Assembly: GCA_963814375.1 (NCBI GenBank)
Contig: CAWFCQ010000005.1
Location: 64,001-128,000, forward strand
DNA: 64,000 nucleotides
Reading direction: 5' to 3'
Source of the DNA: an uncultured Chloroflexia bacterium
GTDB lineage: Bacteria; Chloroflexota; Limnocylindria; QHBO01
Shown one piece after another: positions 1-10,727 of this stretch. Positions within the stretch are counted from its first letter, which is position 1. Each line of letters opens with the position of its first letter. Under the pieces are notes generated by a model, which had not been told where the DNA came from, made no database searches, and saw only the letters and a program-made list of their open reading frames with translations. Made by a program: the position numbers and the translations under genes.

Positions 1-40
1 TGGTGGCCGATGGGTGGCGACGGCGCAACCGATCTCGTCC

Positions 41-301
41 TCAGTCGCGAGCAATGGCGCGCAGCACGAAAATCACGAGGATCGAGCCCAGCACGGCCAC
101 GACGATGGCGCCGAGCAGGCCGCTCGACTCTGCCTGGCCGAGCACGTTCACCCACAGCCAGCCGCCGATGAGGCCGCCGGCGACGCCGATGAGCATCGTG
201 CCGAGGCAACCGTATCGCTGCCGCCCGGGCACGAAGGCGCCGGCGATCGCGCCGGCGATCAGGCCGACGACGATCCATCCGAAGATCCCAAGGTCAGGCA
301 C
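41..301 (-). CDS. GlsB/YeaQ/YmgE family (transglycosylase-associated) small membrane protein
   Basis: 86 aa, three hydrophobic Gly-rich segments, WIVVGLIAGAIAG...GVAGGLIGGWL pattern; GGAGGAG RBS upstream of GTG. Confidence 0.85.
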   Translation of the reverse strand: MPDLGIFGWIVVGLIAGAIAGAFVPGRQRYGCLGTMLIGVAGGLIGGWLWVNVLGQAESSGLLGAIVVAVLGSILVIFVLRAIARD

Positions 302-342
302 ACGCTCCTCCTGTGCGGTCGCGCGGATGATGCCATCGCATG

Positions 343-825
343 CTAGTCATCGATCGTGCGGGTCAGGTCGACGACGACCGCGCCGCCATCGACCTGCACC
401 GGGAACCGATCGAGCCGCGGGTCGGCCGGATCGAGCGGCAGCCCGTCCAGGGTCCAGGCGCGACCCTCGCAGTCGGTGAGGCGATCGGCGCCGATCTCGA
501 GCGGGCAGTCGGCGGTGACCGGGCTGGCCGCGCTGACGGCGGCGATGCTCCCGAACGGCGAGGGCGACACGATGATCGTGATCGCGACGCGGCCGTCACC
601 CGCGTCGCGCTCGCCGTCCCAGCCGTACGACCGCGACAGCAGCAGCTCGCGCTGGACCGGCCCGCTGGCGACCGCGGCTGCAGTGCCGACGGTGACGATG
701 CTGTCGTCGCGCGGCTCCGCGAACGTGAAGATCGCCGGACGCACGAGGAGCGCGACGATCAGCCCGGCGACCACGAGCAGGAGGCAACCCACCGCGTAGC
801 GGCGGATCGGGACGGGCTCATCCAT
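343..825 (-). CDS. Membrane-anchored Rieske-like protein lacking Fe-S ligands
   Basis: ATG at 825 overlaps the stop of the upstream gene; N-terminal TM helix; C-terminal AVSAASPVTADC...LTDCEGRAWTLDG...LDRFPVQVDGGAVVVD resembles a Rieske domain. Confidence 0.65.
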   Translation of the reverse strand: MDEPVPIRRYAVGCLLLVVAGLIVALLVRPAIFTFAEPRDDSIVTVGTAAAVASGPVQRELLLSRSYGWDGERDAGDGRVAITIIVSPSPFGSIAAVSAASPVTADCPLEIGADRLTDCEGRAWTLDGLPLDPADPRLDRFPVQVDGGAVVVDLTRTIDD

Positions 826-1507
826 CGGCGGCAGCCGCCGGAACCAGCTCGATGAGCGTCGCGCCGGTGCAGTTGTAGAAGAGCGTGTCGCCCACGAAGG
901 CGCACCGCGCGTCGATCCCCCGCCGGACAAGGGCCGTGTGCCCGTGCAGCCACAGCGGCGGCGCGAGCCGGCTGTTCAGCCATCGGAAGGAGCGGAAGCC
1001 ACGATGGGCGACATCGGTGTCGTCGTTGATGCCGCGGGGCGGCGCGTGGCTCACCACGATCACCGGTCGCGCGTGCGTGGCGCGCAGCCACCCCATCGCG
1101 ACCTTGCCCCACATCCCTGCCGCCGATACCTGCATCCCCTCCCGGTTGTAGACCGGCGAGCCCGAGAAGCCGATGAGCCGCAGGCCGGCCTCCTCCACGA
1201 GGCGAGCGTCGGGCATCGGCTGCGGCAGCAGTACAGCCTCCGTGTGGGTCCACGCAGACCCCACGTCGTGGTTGCCGCGGACGTAGCGCAGCGGCGCGTG
1301 GAACGCGTCGGTCACGAAGGAGAGGTACTCGGGCTGAAGGTCGCCGGCGCCGACGATGAGGTCGATCGTTCCGAGCCCGTCGCGTGTTGCGGCGGAGTCG
1401 AGCGACGGGTCCGGCTCGTCGGATATGGCGAGGATGCGGATCGGCCGCCCGTCGCGATCGGCGAACGGGGCCGGATCGGGCCAGCGCAGCTGAAGGCGAT
1501 CGGTCAC
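818..1507 (-). CDS. Calcineurin-like metallophosphoesterase
   Basis: Motifs ISDE, GAGDL, RGNHD, SHAPP, LHGHT. Confidence 0.9.
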   Translation of the reverse strand: MTDRLQLRWPDPAPFADRDGRPIRILAISDEPDPSLDSAATRDGLGTIDLIVGAGDLQPEYLSFVTDAFHAPLRYVRGNHDVGSAWTHTEAVLLPQPMPDARLVEEAGLRLIGFSGSPVYNREGMQVSAAGMWGKVAMGWLRATHARPVIVVSHAPPRGINDDTDVAHRGFRSFRWLNSRLAPPLWLHGHTALVRRGIDARCAFVGDTLFYNCTGATLIELVPAAAADG

Positions 1508-2157
1508 GTGCCCGCTTCGTCGTCGCGGAGGAGGTCCTCGCGAGAGACACTGTCCGACGCGCTGCGCTGCTCGACGGTGCGTGAGCTGCGGCCACTGCCT
1601 GCCTGGCGCACCTCGGCATGGCCGATGAGGCTGCTGGCATCGAGCCTTGCCTGCCCGGGCTGCGCGACGCCCGGCAGCACGAGCTGGGTGACGTCGGCGT
1701 CGATCGCGACCGCACGCGCCAGGCGGGCGGCGGCGACCCGGTTGTGGCCGTCCTCCACCCAGTACGTGTCGCCGACCTGGACCAGGTCGACCGGCGGAAG
1801 AACCTCCAGGCGGTCCATGGCGCGGTTGATTCGCTGCCAGCGGGCGCCCCAGTTCGCGCCGCGCAGGCGCGGAAGCGGCAGGAAGTCGGCCATGTTCTGC
1901 GAGGGATGGCGCGTGGTGCCGACGATGCGATCGAGCGGGACCGTCCTGAGACCGTACGGTCGCCGCGGCGCCCTCGTGGCGCCGGGATGCGCGTCATAGA
2001 GCGACGGCAGAACCGTCCGCTCCGCTGCGCGGCGATCGGCCCCGGCATCGGCACGCCGCCGCCACGCCGTCCAGACGCGGCTCGCGAGAGCCGCCACGAT
2101 CAGGACAGCCGAGAGGCGGGCGACGATCCAGCGAAGGCTGGTCAGAACGAGTGGCAT
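1504..2157 (-). CDS. ParB/Srx N-terminal-like domain protein with N-terminal hydrophobic segment
   Basis: VPLDRIVGT...LPPVDLVQVGDTYWVEDGHNRVAAAR (ParB-type DGHxR); no HTH seen. Confidence 0.8.
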   Translation of the reverse strand: MPLVLTSLRWIVARLSAVLIVAALASRVWTAWRRRADAGADRRAAERTVLPSLYDAHPGATRAPRRPYGLRTVPLDRIVGTTRHPSQNMADFLPLPRLRGANWGARWQRINRAMDRLEVLPPVDLVQVGDTYWVEDGHNRVAAARLARAVAIDADVTQLVLPGVAQPGQARLDASSLIGHAEVRQAGSGRSSRTVEQRSASDSVSREDLLRDDEAGT

Positions 2158-2276
2158 GGCATGAGGGCTGCATTAGGGATGCGCGGTTGCAGCCCGTACT
2201 ATGATGCGTTCCCCGAGCGTGGGCCACGTGCCCAGCGCCCTCCGATCGTGCCGTGGCAATTAGGAGCGAGGACTCG

Positions 2277-3368
<1,092 letters not shown>

Positions 3369-3455
3369 CGGCGGCCCTCTCGCAGAGCCGCCGATCCCGG
3401 ATCAACTGGACGAGCGCGGCCAAGCCGCGCCTCTCACGCATGGTGGAGGAACCGA

Positions 3456-4772
3456 ATGAGGAAGTTTCGATACATAGCGCCGATGATCGCGGGCATTCTC
3501 GCCCTGTCGGCATGCACGCCGGGCGACGAGTCCGGGGGCAGCGATGGCGCTAGCGACGGCGGCGAGCTGGCCGCGGGCGACGGGACCATCGAGGTCACCT
3601 CGCTGTGGGGTGGCGCCGAGGCGGAGGCCTTCCAGGCCGTCCTGGACGCCTTCAGTGAGGCAAGCGGAGTCGAGGTCACCTACACCTCGGTCCGCAACGA
3701 ATACGCGACGGTCCTCAACAACCGCATCGCGCAGGACGACGCTCCCGACGTCGCGATCATCCCGGGCATCGGCTTCGTTCGAAGCTTCGCCCGAGACGAC
3801 CTGCTCATCCCGCTCTCCGATCTCGGCATCGATGCCAGTGCGATCGAGGGCAACTACGCGCCGGGCATCCTCGATGTCGGCGTCGTCAACGACGAGCTCG
3901 TCGCCCTGATGGTGAAGTACAACAGCAAGGCGACCATCTGGTTCAAGCCGCCGACCTTCGAGGAGAACGGCTACGAGATCCCAGCGACCTGGGACGACCT
4001 GACGGCGCTCACCGACCAGATGAAGACCGACGGCCTGACGCCGTGGGCGGTCGGGGCAGGCGACTCCTGGAACCTGACCGACATGTTCGAGATGATTTAC
4101 CTGACCACCGCCGGTGAGGAGGCGTACGACACGCTCTTCAGCGCGGAGGGCAACTGGACTGACCAGACCGTCATCGACGCCGCCAACCAGATGACCGACC
4201 TCTACACCGACGAGAACATCGCCGGCGGCATCACCGGCGCGCTTGCGACGCTGTTCGTCGACGGCATCGGCCAGGTGTTCAGCCCGAACGCCGACGCCGA
4301 GCTGTTCTACGAGGGCGGCTTCGTCGGCGGCATCGCCACCGGCGACGTCAATCCGGAGCTCGTGCCGGAGGAGACGATCGACTTCTTCGACTTCCCGCCG
4401 GCCGGCAAGGTCACCATCGGTGGTGACGTCATGGCGGCCTTCCGGGCCGACACCGACGTGGCGGAGTTCATGGAGTACCTGACCACGGTCGAGGCCGGAA
4501 CGGTCTGGGCCGAGGGCGGCACGATCATCTCTCCCATCCTCGGCGTGGAGACGAGCGTCTACGAGGACGTGAGCCCGCTCGCCGTCAAGGAGGCTGACCA
4601 GATCGCAAACGCCGAGGCTGCACGCTTCGACGGATCCGACCTGCTGCCGGCCGGCGCCGATCTCGGCGCGATCCTCCAGGCGATCCTCCAGGATCCGAGC
4701 GCTGCGGCGTCGCAGTTCGAGACGTTCCAGGCCACCGTCGACCAGGCCTGGGCCGACGAGGAGGGCGGCTGA
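3456..4772 (+). CDS. Carbohydrate ABC transporter substrate-binding lipoprotein
   Basis: Lipobox LSAC, acidic SBP_bac_1-like sequence, GGAGGA RBS. Confidence 0.9.
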   Translation: MRKFRYIAPMIAGILALSACTPGDESGGSDGASDGGELAAGDGTIEVTSLWGGAEAEAFQAVLDAFSEASGVEVTYTSVRNEYATVLNNRIAQDDAPDVAIIPGIGFVRSFARDDLLIPLSDLGIDASAIEGNYAPGILDVGVVNDELVALMVKYNSKATIWFKPPTFEENGYEIPATWDDLTALTDQMKTDGLTPWAVGAGDSWNLTDMFEMIYLTTAGEEAYDTLFSAEGNWTDQTVIDAANQMTDLYTDENIAGGITGALATLFVDGIGQVFSPNADAELFYEGGFVGGIATGDVNPELVPEETIDFFDFPPAGKVTIGGDVMAAFRADTDVAEFMEYLTTVEAGTVWAEGGTIISPILGVETSVYEDVSPLAVKEADQIANAEAARFDGSDLLPAGADLGAILQAILQDPSAAASQFETFQATVDQAWADEEGG

Positions 4773-4800
4773 TCCAGAGCCTCAGGGCTCGCACAGACGA

Positions 4801-4828
4801 TCAGGGGCGGCCGCATGGCCGCCCCTGA
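4801..4828 (+). terminator. Stem-loop after the SBP gene (mRNA stabiliser or partial terminator)
   Basis: TCAGGGGCGGCC-GCAT-GGCCGCCCCTGA perfect 12-bp stem. Confidence 0.6.
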
Positions 4829-4852
4829 GTTCATCCGGCAGCGGAGCGAACG

Positions 4853-5773
4853 ATGACCGAGACCACCATCCCGAGGGAGGCGACCCGGCCCGGCGGACCC
4901 GGCTTCCTGCGTGGCTGGAACTGGACGGCCAGCCTCTTCCTGGCGCCGGCGATCCTCCTGCTCGCCGTCCTCATGCTCTATCCGACGATCAGCACGATCA
5001 TCCTCTCCTTCGACGAGGGGCTCGACAACTACGTCCGCCTCTTCACTCGCGACCCGGCATTCCTCGACCTGAGCACGTTCCCACCGTCGGGCGCCCTCTT
5101 CAACAACCTGCTGTGGGTCGTCTTCTACACCGGCGGATGCCTCTTCTTCGGCCTGCTGGTGGCGGTGATGGCGACGCGCGTGCGCTACGAGGCCGGGATC
5201 AAGGCCATCGTCTTCATCCCACAGGCGATCGCCGCGACGGCGCTCGGCGTCATCTGGCGCTTCGTCCTCTTCCCCGACCCCGACACGGGTCTCGCCAATG
5301 CCGTTATCGGCGTGTTCGGGCTCGGGCCGATCGCCTGGCTCGGGGATGTCAACTGGGTGAATACGGCGCTTATCACCGTCGGCGTCTGGGGCTCGGTCGG
5401 CTTCGCGACCGTGATCCTGTCGGCCGCGCTGAAGGGGATCAGCACCGAGATCCTCGAGGCTGCGCGCGTTGACGGCGCGAAGGAGGGCCAGATCTTCTGG
5501 CGGATCATCGTGCCGATGCTGTCGCTGCCGATCAGCGTGGTGGCGGTGACGCTCATCATCAACGTCGTCAAGCTCTTCGACCTGATCTTCGTCATGACCC
5601 GCGGTGGGCCAGGGACGGCGAGCCGGGTCATTGCCTTCAGCATGTACCAGGAGGCGCTGCCGGCCAGGAACTTCGACTACGGCGCGACGATCGCCGTGGT
5701 CATGCTCCTCCTCCTCCTTCCGGTGATGTTCTACAACGTCCGCCGATTCCGCTCCGAGAGGGTGATCCAATGA
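4853..5773 (+). CDS. Sugar ABC transporter permease (MalF-like)
   Basis: Multiple TM helices, EAARVDGA motif. Confidence 0.95.
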   Translation: MTETTIPREATRPGGPGFLRGWNWTASLFLAPAILLLAVLMLYPTISTIILSFDEGLDNYVRLFTRDPAFLDLSTFPPSGALFNNLLWVVFYTGGCLFFGLLVAVMATRVRYEAGIKAIVFIPQAIAATALGVIWRFVLFPDPDTGLANAVIGVFGLGPIAWLGDVNWVNTALITVGVWGSVGFATVILSAALKGISTEILEAARVDGAKEGQIFWRIIVPMLSLPISVVAVTLIINVVKLFDLIFVMTRGGPGTASRVIAFSMYQEALPARNFDYGATIAVVMLLLLLPVMFYNVRRFRSERVIQ

Positions 5774-6669
5774 CCAGCGCGACACTGGGCGAGCCGCCGG
5801 TCCTGGCGCCGCCGCGCACCCCGGCTGAACGGATCATGCGCACCCTGAACAAGGCTCCGGTCCATATCGCGCTCGGGCTGATCGCCCTCATATGGCTGCT
5901 CCCGACGATCGGCCTGTTCGTCACCTCCTTCCGGCCCCGGAGCGAGATCCAGAACACGGGATGGTGGGAGACCTTCTTCGCAGGCGTCGGCGTCACGCTC
6001 GAGAATTACCAGCTCGTCCTCAACAACCCGCAGGCGGACATGCTGGGCGCGTTCATCAACAGCGTCCTGATCACCGTGCCGTCGACCGTGATCCCGGTGG
6101 TCATCGCGTCGTTCGCGGCCTATGCATTCGCATGGATCGACTTCCCGGGCCGCGACACCCTGTTCCTGGCGGTCATCGCGCTCCTCCTGATCCCGATCCA
6201 GATGGTGCTCATCCCGCTCAGCGCGCTGTACGGGACATTCGACATCTTCAGCACGTTCATCCCCGTCTGGCTGACGCACATCACGTTCGCCCTGCCGTTC
6301 GGGATCTTCCTGCTGCGGAACTTCTTCATCACCCTGCCGAGAGACCTCATCGAGGCGGCACGGATCGACGGCGCAACGAACTTCGGGATCTTCCGCAACG
6401 TGGTGGTCCCGCTCTCCGTGCCGGCGCTGGCGAGCTACGCGATCTTCCAGTTCCTGTGGGTCTGGAACGACCTACTGATCGCCCTCGTCTTCACGCGAGG
6501 CGAGCAGGCGCCGATGACGGTCCAGATCACTTCGCTGCTCGGCACCTACGCGTCGGAGTGGAATCTCCTATCCGCTGCGGCGTTCCTGGTGATGGCCGTC
6601 CCGCTCATCGTCTTCTTCAGCCTCCAGCGCTTCTTCGTTCAGGGCCTGCTGGCGGGCTCGGTCAAGTAG
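5770..6669 (+). CDS. Sugar ABC transporter permease (MalG-like)
   Basis: EAARIDGA, FLWVWND, LQRFFVQGL; ATGA overlap. Confidence 0.95.
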   Translation: MTSATLGEPPVLAPPRTPAERIMRTLNKAPVHIALGLIALIWLLPTIGLFVTSFRPRSEIQNTGWWETFFAGVGVTLENYQLVLNNPQADMLGAFINSVLITVPSTVIPVVIASFAAYAFAWIDFPGRDTLFLAVIALLLIPIQMVLIPLSALYGTFDIFSTFIPVWLTHITFALPFGIFLLRNFFITLPRDLIEAARIDGATNFGIFRNVVVPLSVPALASYAIFQFLWVWNDLLIALVFTRGEQAPMTVQITSLLGTYASEWNLLSAAAFLVMAVPLIVFFSLQRFFVQGLLAGSVK

Positions 6670-6773
6670 TCGCAACGGCGGGGTGCCCGATGAGTCGGGC
6701 GCCCCGCGCAGTCACCGGGGCTACGTCATTCGTCGTAGGCGACGCGCGACCGTGAGCCGCTAGGCTCAGGGCG

Positions 6774-9599
6774 ATGACCGCCGAGCGCGCCGAAGCCCGT
6801 CCCACCACCATCCACCTCGTACCGCACACCCACTGGGACCGGGAGTGGTACCGGCCGTTCCAGAGCTTCCGGATGCAGCTGGTCGACCTCGTCGACCGCG
6901 TGCTCGACATGCTCGAGGCGGACCCGGACTTCGCCTTCACCCTCGACGGCCAGCTGGCGACGGTGGACGACTACCTCGAGATCCGCCCTGAGCAGGAAGA
7001 GCGCCTCAGGGGCCACGTCCAGAGCGGGCGCCTCGCCATCGGCCCGTGGCAGATCCTGATGGACGAGTTCCTCGTCAGCGGCGAGACGCTCGTCCGTAAT
7101 CTCGAGATGGGCTGGGAGCGCGCCGAGGAGTTCGGCGGACCGATGCGCATCGGGTACCTGCCGGACATGTTCGGTCACGTCGCCCAGATGCCGCAGCTGC
7201 TTCGAGCCGCCGGACTGGCCGATGCAGTCGTGTGGCGCGGCATCCCGGGCTCCATCGACCGCCACGCGTTCCGGTGGGAGTCGCCGGATGGCTCGTGGGT
7301 TCGTGCCGAGTACCTGCCATCCGGCTACGGGAACGCCGCAAGCATGTTCGCGGTGCCCGACGGGCTCAAGGCCGCGTCCGAACGATTCCTCGACTGGTCG
7401 CATCCATGGTTCGGCGCCGACCCGGTGCTGGCGATGTACGGGACCGATCACACCGCGCCCGTCCCCGAGCTTGCGGCCCTGGTGAGCCGGCTGAACGAGG
7501 TCCAGGACGCATCGAGCATGCGGATCGGGACGCTGGCGCAGTACGTCGCGGCGGCGGCGCCCCTGACCGAGTCCGACCCATGCTGGCGCGGCGAGATGCG
7601 CTCGGGTGCCCGGGCCAACGTGCTGATGGGCGTGGCCAGCGCTCGGATCGATATCAAGCAGGCCGCCGGACGGGCGGAACGATGGGTCGAGCGCTACGCG
7701 GAGCCGCTCACCGCTCTCCACGTCGCGGTCGATGCCTGGCCGAAAGCCTTCCTGCGCCTCGCGTGGCGGAGGATGATCGAGAACTCGGCGCACGACTCGA
7801 TCTGCGGGTGCAGCATCGACCCGGTCGTCGACCAGGTCCTCGTCCGCTTCGCCGAGGCGGAGCAGATCGGCTCCACGCTGGCACGCCGGGCGGCCGCCAC
7901 GGTCGCCGCCGGAGTCGGGCGCGGGGCGATCGCGGTCCTCAATCCATCGCCGGCGCAGCGTCCGGGAGTCGTCGAGGTCGAGGTGCCGGTTCCCGAGGAG
8001 TGGAGCGAGGTCGCGCTCGAGCTTCCGGACGGGACGCGGCTGGCGACGCAGGAGCTGGCGCGCAAGGATCCCCTTCTCTTCGACCAGTCGCTGCGTGGAG
8101 GCGATGTCGAGGACCTCTTCCGCCGTTTCCATGGGCGGGAGATCTTCGATCACTCGTGGAACGGCTATCGCATCGAGGGTCGCAACATCACCTTCGAGGT
8201 CGACAACGATGCTGATCCTGCGTGGCTGGACGTCGACGGGCTGCGGGCCGAGGTGACGGCGGCGCTGCAGGCCAACGGCAATGAAATCTGGCAGGCGCGG
8301 ATGGTTGCGCGCTCGCGGCGGACGCTCGCCGCGCTGGTGCCGGCCCCGGCCCTCGGATGGACGGCGATCCGCGCGGTCTCCGGCTCGGGCGATGTCGCCA
8401 ACCCGGTGCGCATCGGCTCCGATGAACGGTCGATGACGAACGGGCTGCTTGCGGTCTCCGCCGCGGAGGACGGGACCCTGAGGCTCGAGGCGGCGGACGG
8501 CACCGCGGTGACGGGACTGGGCCGCATCGTCGACGGGGGCGACTTCGGCGACTCCTACAACTACGGGCCGCCGGAGAGGGACCGGATCGTCGAGACGCCG
8601 GACAGCATCAGCGTGACGGTGACCGAACCGGGACCGATCCGCGGGCGCCTCGTCATCCGTCGCTCGTACGGCTGGCCGCGTGGCCTCGACCTCGATGGGT
8701 CGGGCCGAAGCGGCGACACGGAGCCGACCGAGGTCATCGTCGAGGCCGAGCTTCGCGCCGACGAGCCGTTCGTTCGGATCAACGTGTCGTTCGTGAACCA
8801 CGCGGACGACCACCGTGTCCGGTTCCACGCTCCCCTTCCGAGACGGTCGGAGGGCTCGGCAGCCGAAGGCCAGTTCGCGGTCGTGCAGCGCGGGCTAGTG
8901 GCGGAGGGCGGGTATCGCGAAGTGCCGCTCGCCACCTACCCCGCCCATGGCTGGGTCGACTCGGGGGGCCTGGCGGTGCTGCTCGAGCACCTGGCGGAGT
9001 ACGAGGTCATTCCGGATGGTTCGGAGCTCGCGATCACGCTCCTGCGCTCGACGGGTCTCATCAGCCGCAACGCGAACCCGTACCGGCAGGATCCCGCCGG
9101 CCCCGAGATGCGGATCCCGAACGCCCAGATGCGCGGGCCGCGCCGGATGAGCTTCGGCCTGCTTCCCCATCGCGGCGACTGGGCCGCGGGTGACGTGGCG
9201 AAGGCGTCGGAGCGATACCGCCACGGGTTCATCACCTTCCCCGGCTCGGCATCGTCCGAGGCGCCGTGGCCGCCGCCCGGCGCGGGGATCGATGCCCTGG
9301 CCCTCGACGACGGGCACGTGGCGCTGACGGCGCTCCGACGGCGTGACGACGGGTGGCTGGAGGCTCGGATCGTGAACCTCGCGGATCAGGCTGCCACCGC
9401 CACGCTTCGCGGTGACCTCACCGACGCCCGGGAGGCGAACCTTCGCGGTGAGCCCGGAGCGCCGCTTCAGATCGCCGACGGCCGGCTCACGATCAAGCTG
9501 CGGCCGGCCGAGATCCGCACGGTGCAGCTGCGTCGCGTCGAGTCGGCGTCCGGGCGCGCCGAAGTTCTCGACGCCGCCGGCCCGCGCCAGAACGCATGA
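6774..9599 (+). CDS. Glycoside hydrolase family 38 alpha-mannosidase (MngB-like)
   Basis: HTHWDREWY, LDGQ, YLPDMFGH, HDSICGCSID. Confidence 0.92.
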   Translation: MTAERAEARPTTIHLVPHTHWDREWYRPFQSFRMQLVDLVDRVLDMLEADPDFAFTLDGQLATVDDYLEIRPEQEERLRGHVQSGRLAIGPWQILMDEFLVSGETLVRNLEMGWERAEEFGGPMRIGYLPDMFGHVAQMPQLLRAAGLADAVVWRGIPGSIDRHAFRWESPDGSWVRAEYLPSGYGNAASMFAVPDGLKAASERFLDWSHPWFGADPVLAMYGTDHTAPVPELAALVSRLNEVQDASSMRIGTLAQYVAAAAPLTESDPCWRGEMRSGARANVLMGVASARIDIKQAAGRAERWVERYAEPLTALHVAVDAWPKAFLRLAWRRMIENSAHDSICGCSIDPVVDQVLVRFAEAEQIGSTLARRAAATVAAGVGRGAIAVLNPSPAQRPGVVEVEVPVPEEWSEVALELPDGTRLATQELARKDPLLFDQSLRGGDVEDLFRRFHGREIFDHSWNGYRIEGRNITFEVDNDADPAWLDVDGLRAEVTAALQANGNEIWQARMVARSRRTLAALVPAPALGWTAIRAVSGSGDVANPVRIGSDERSMTNGLLAVSAAEDGTLRLEAADGTAVTGLGRIVDGGDFGDSYNYGPPERDRIVETPDSISVTVTEPGPIRGRLVIRRSYGWPRGLDLDGSGRSGDTEPTEVIVEAELRADEPFVRINVSFVNHADDHRVRFHAPLPRRSEGSAAEGQFAVVQRGLVAEGGYREVPLATYPAHGWVDSGGLAVLLEHLAEYEVIPDGSELAITLLRSTGLISRNANPYRQDPAGPEMRIPNAQMRGPRRMSFGLLPHRGDWAAGDVAKASERYRHGFITFPGSASSEAPWPPPGAGIDALALDDGHVALTALRRRDDGWLEARIVNLADQAATATLRGDLTDAREANLRGEPGAPLQIADGRLTIKLRPAEIRTVQLRRVESASGRAEVLDAAGPRQNA

Positions 9600-9644
9600 G
9601 CGCGCGGTAGCATACGCGCCACCCTATCTCGCAAGGCAACGGAG

Positions 9645-10061
9645 GTGACCGTGGAGCTCGAGCAGCAACTCGCATCGGTGCCGCTCCTGGCAGGGCTCAA
9701 TGAGAAGGTCCGCCGCCGCCTGGCGGAGATCGGCAAGCGGCGCACCTACGCCGCCGATGAGACGATCGTGCGCGAGGGCTCGACCGGAACGGCCCTCTAC
9801 ATCGTTCTCCGCGGACGCGCGCGCGTCGAGCGCGAGGGCACGGCGATCGGCCAGCTGTCGGCCGGCGACTTCTTCGGCGAGCTCGCCCTGATCGAGGAGC
9901 ACCCGCGTTCGGCCACGGTCGTCGCCAACGAGGAGACCGATTGTCTCCTCTTCCCGGCGTGGGAGTTCACCGCGCTGCTCGAGGAGCATCCGGAGATCGC
10001 CGTGCCGATCATGCGCGAGCTGATCGGGCGACTGCACCGCCGCGAGCACCACGGAGCCTGA
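9645..10061 (+). CDS. Stand-alone cyclic-nucleotide-binding domain protein
   Basis: GDFFGELAL...PRSATV phosphate-binding cassette. Confidence 0.9.
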   Translation: MTVELEQQLASVPLLAGLNEKVRRRLAEIGKRRTYAADETIVREGSTGTALYIVLRGRARVEREGTAIGQLSAGDFFGELALIEEHPRSATVVANEETDCLLFPAWEFTALLEEHPEIAVPIMRELIGRLHRREHHGA

Positions 10062-10064
10062 CCC

Positions 10065-10724
10065 ATCGGCCTGCGCGTCGTCCTCGAGGTCGCGCCAAAG
10101 AAGGCCTTCGCCAGCGCGCTCGATTGGCCGGGGTGGTCCCGCGGTGCGAAGACGCCCGATGAGGCACTCGAGCAGCTCCTGAGGTATTCCTCCCGCTATC
10201 GCCGTGTCGCGCAGCGCGCGAAGCTCGCCTTCTCACCGCCAAAGACGGCGCGAGGCATCGAGATCGTGGAGCGCCTCAAGGGCAGCGCCGGAACCGAGTT
10301 CGGCGTGCCGAGCGCAGCCGCGTCAGCCGAGGACGACCCGATCTCCTCCGCCGACCTCAAGCGCCTCGTCGGCCTCCTGGAGGCCTCGTGGGCGACGTTC
10401 GACGCCGCGGCATCGAAGGCCAAGGGCGTTCAGCTGCGCCTCGGTCCCCGCGGCGGCGGCCGGCAGGTGCCGAAGATGATCGGTCACGTGCTCGAGGCGG
10501 AGGCCGCCTACGTGCACCAGATCGGGACGCAGAGCCCCGGCGCCACGGCGCCGATGAAGCAGATCCGCCAGGCAATGGTCGACGCCATCGGCGTGCTGGC
10601 GCGCGGTGAGGAGCTCCCGGAGCCGAACAAGGTGCGCCGCCCATGGTCGCCGCGCTACACGGTGCGCCGATCGGCGTGGCATGCCCTCGACCACGCCTGG
10701 GAGATCGAGGACCGCTCGACCTGA
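10065..10724 (+). CDS. Conserved protein with HicB-like N-terminus and DinB-like C-terminus
   Basis: Frame is open from 10062: LRVVLEVAPKKAFASALDWPGWSRGAKTPDEAL...HVLEAE...RRSAWHALDHAWEIED; only ATC/CTG available as a start. Confidence 0.7.
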   Translation: MGLRVVLEVAPKKAFASALDWPGWSRGAKTPDEALEQLLRYSSRYRRVAQRAKLAFSPPKTARGIEIVERLKGSAGTEFGVPSAAASAEDDPISSADLKRLVGLLEASWATFDAAASKAKGVQLRLGPRGGGRQVPKMIGHVLEAEAAYVHQIGTQSPGATAPMKQIRQAMVDAIGVLARGEELPEPNKVRRPWSPRYTVRRSAWHALDHAWEIEDRST

Positions 10725-10727
10725 GGC

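Noticed and set aside
10059-10061. Selenocysteine at the in-frame TGA
   Set aside because: Position is not at a conserved Cys of either domain, no convincing SECIS hairpin, and the upstream protein ends naturally
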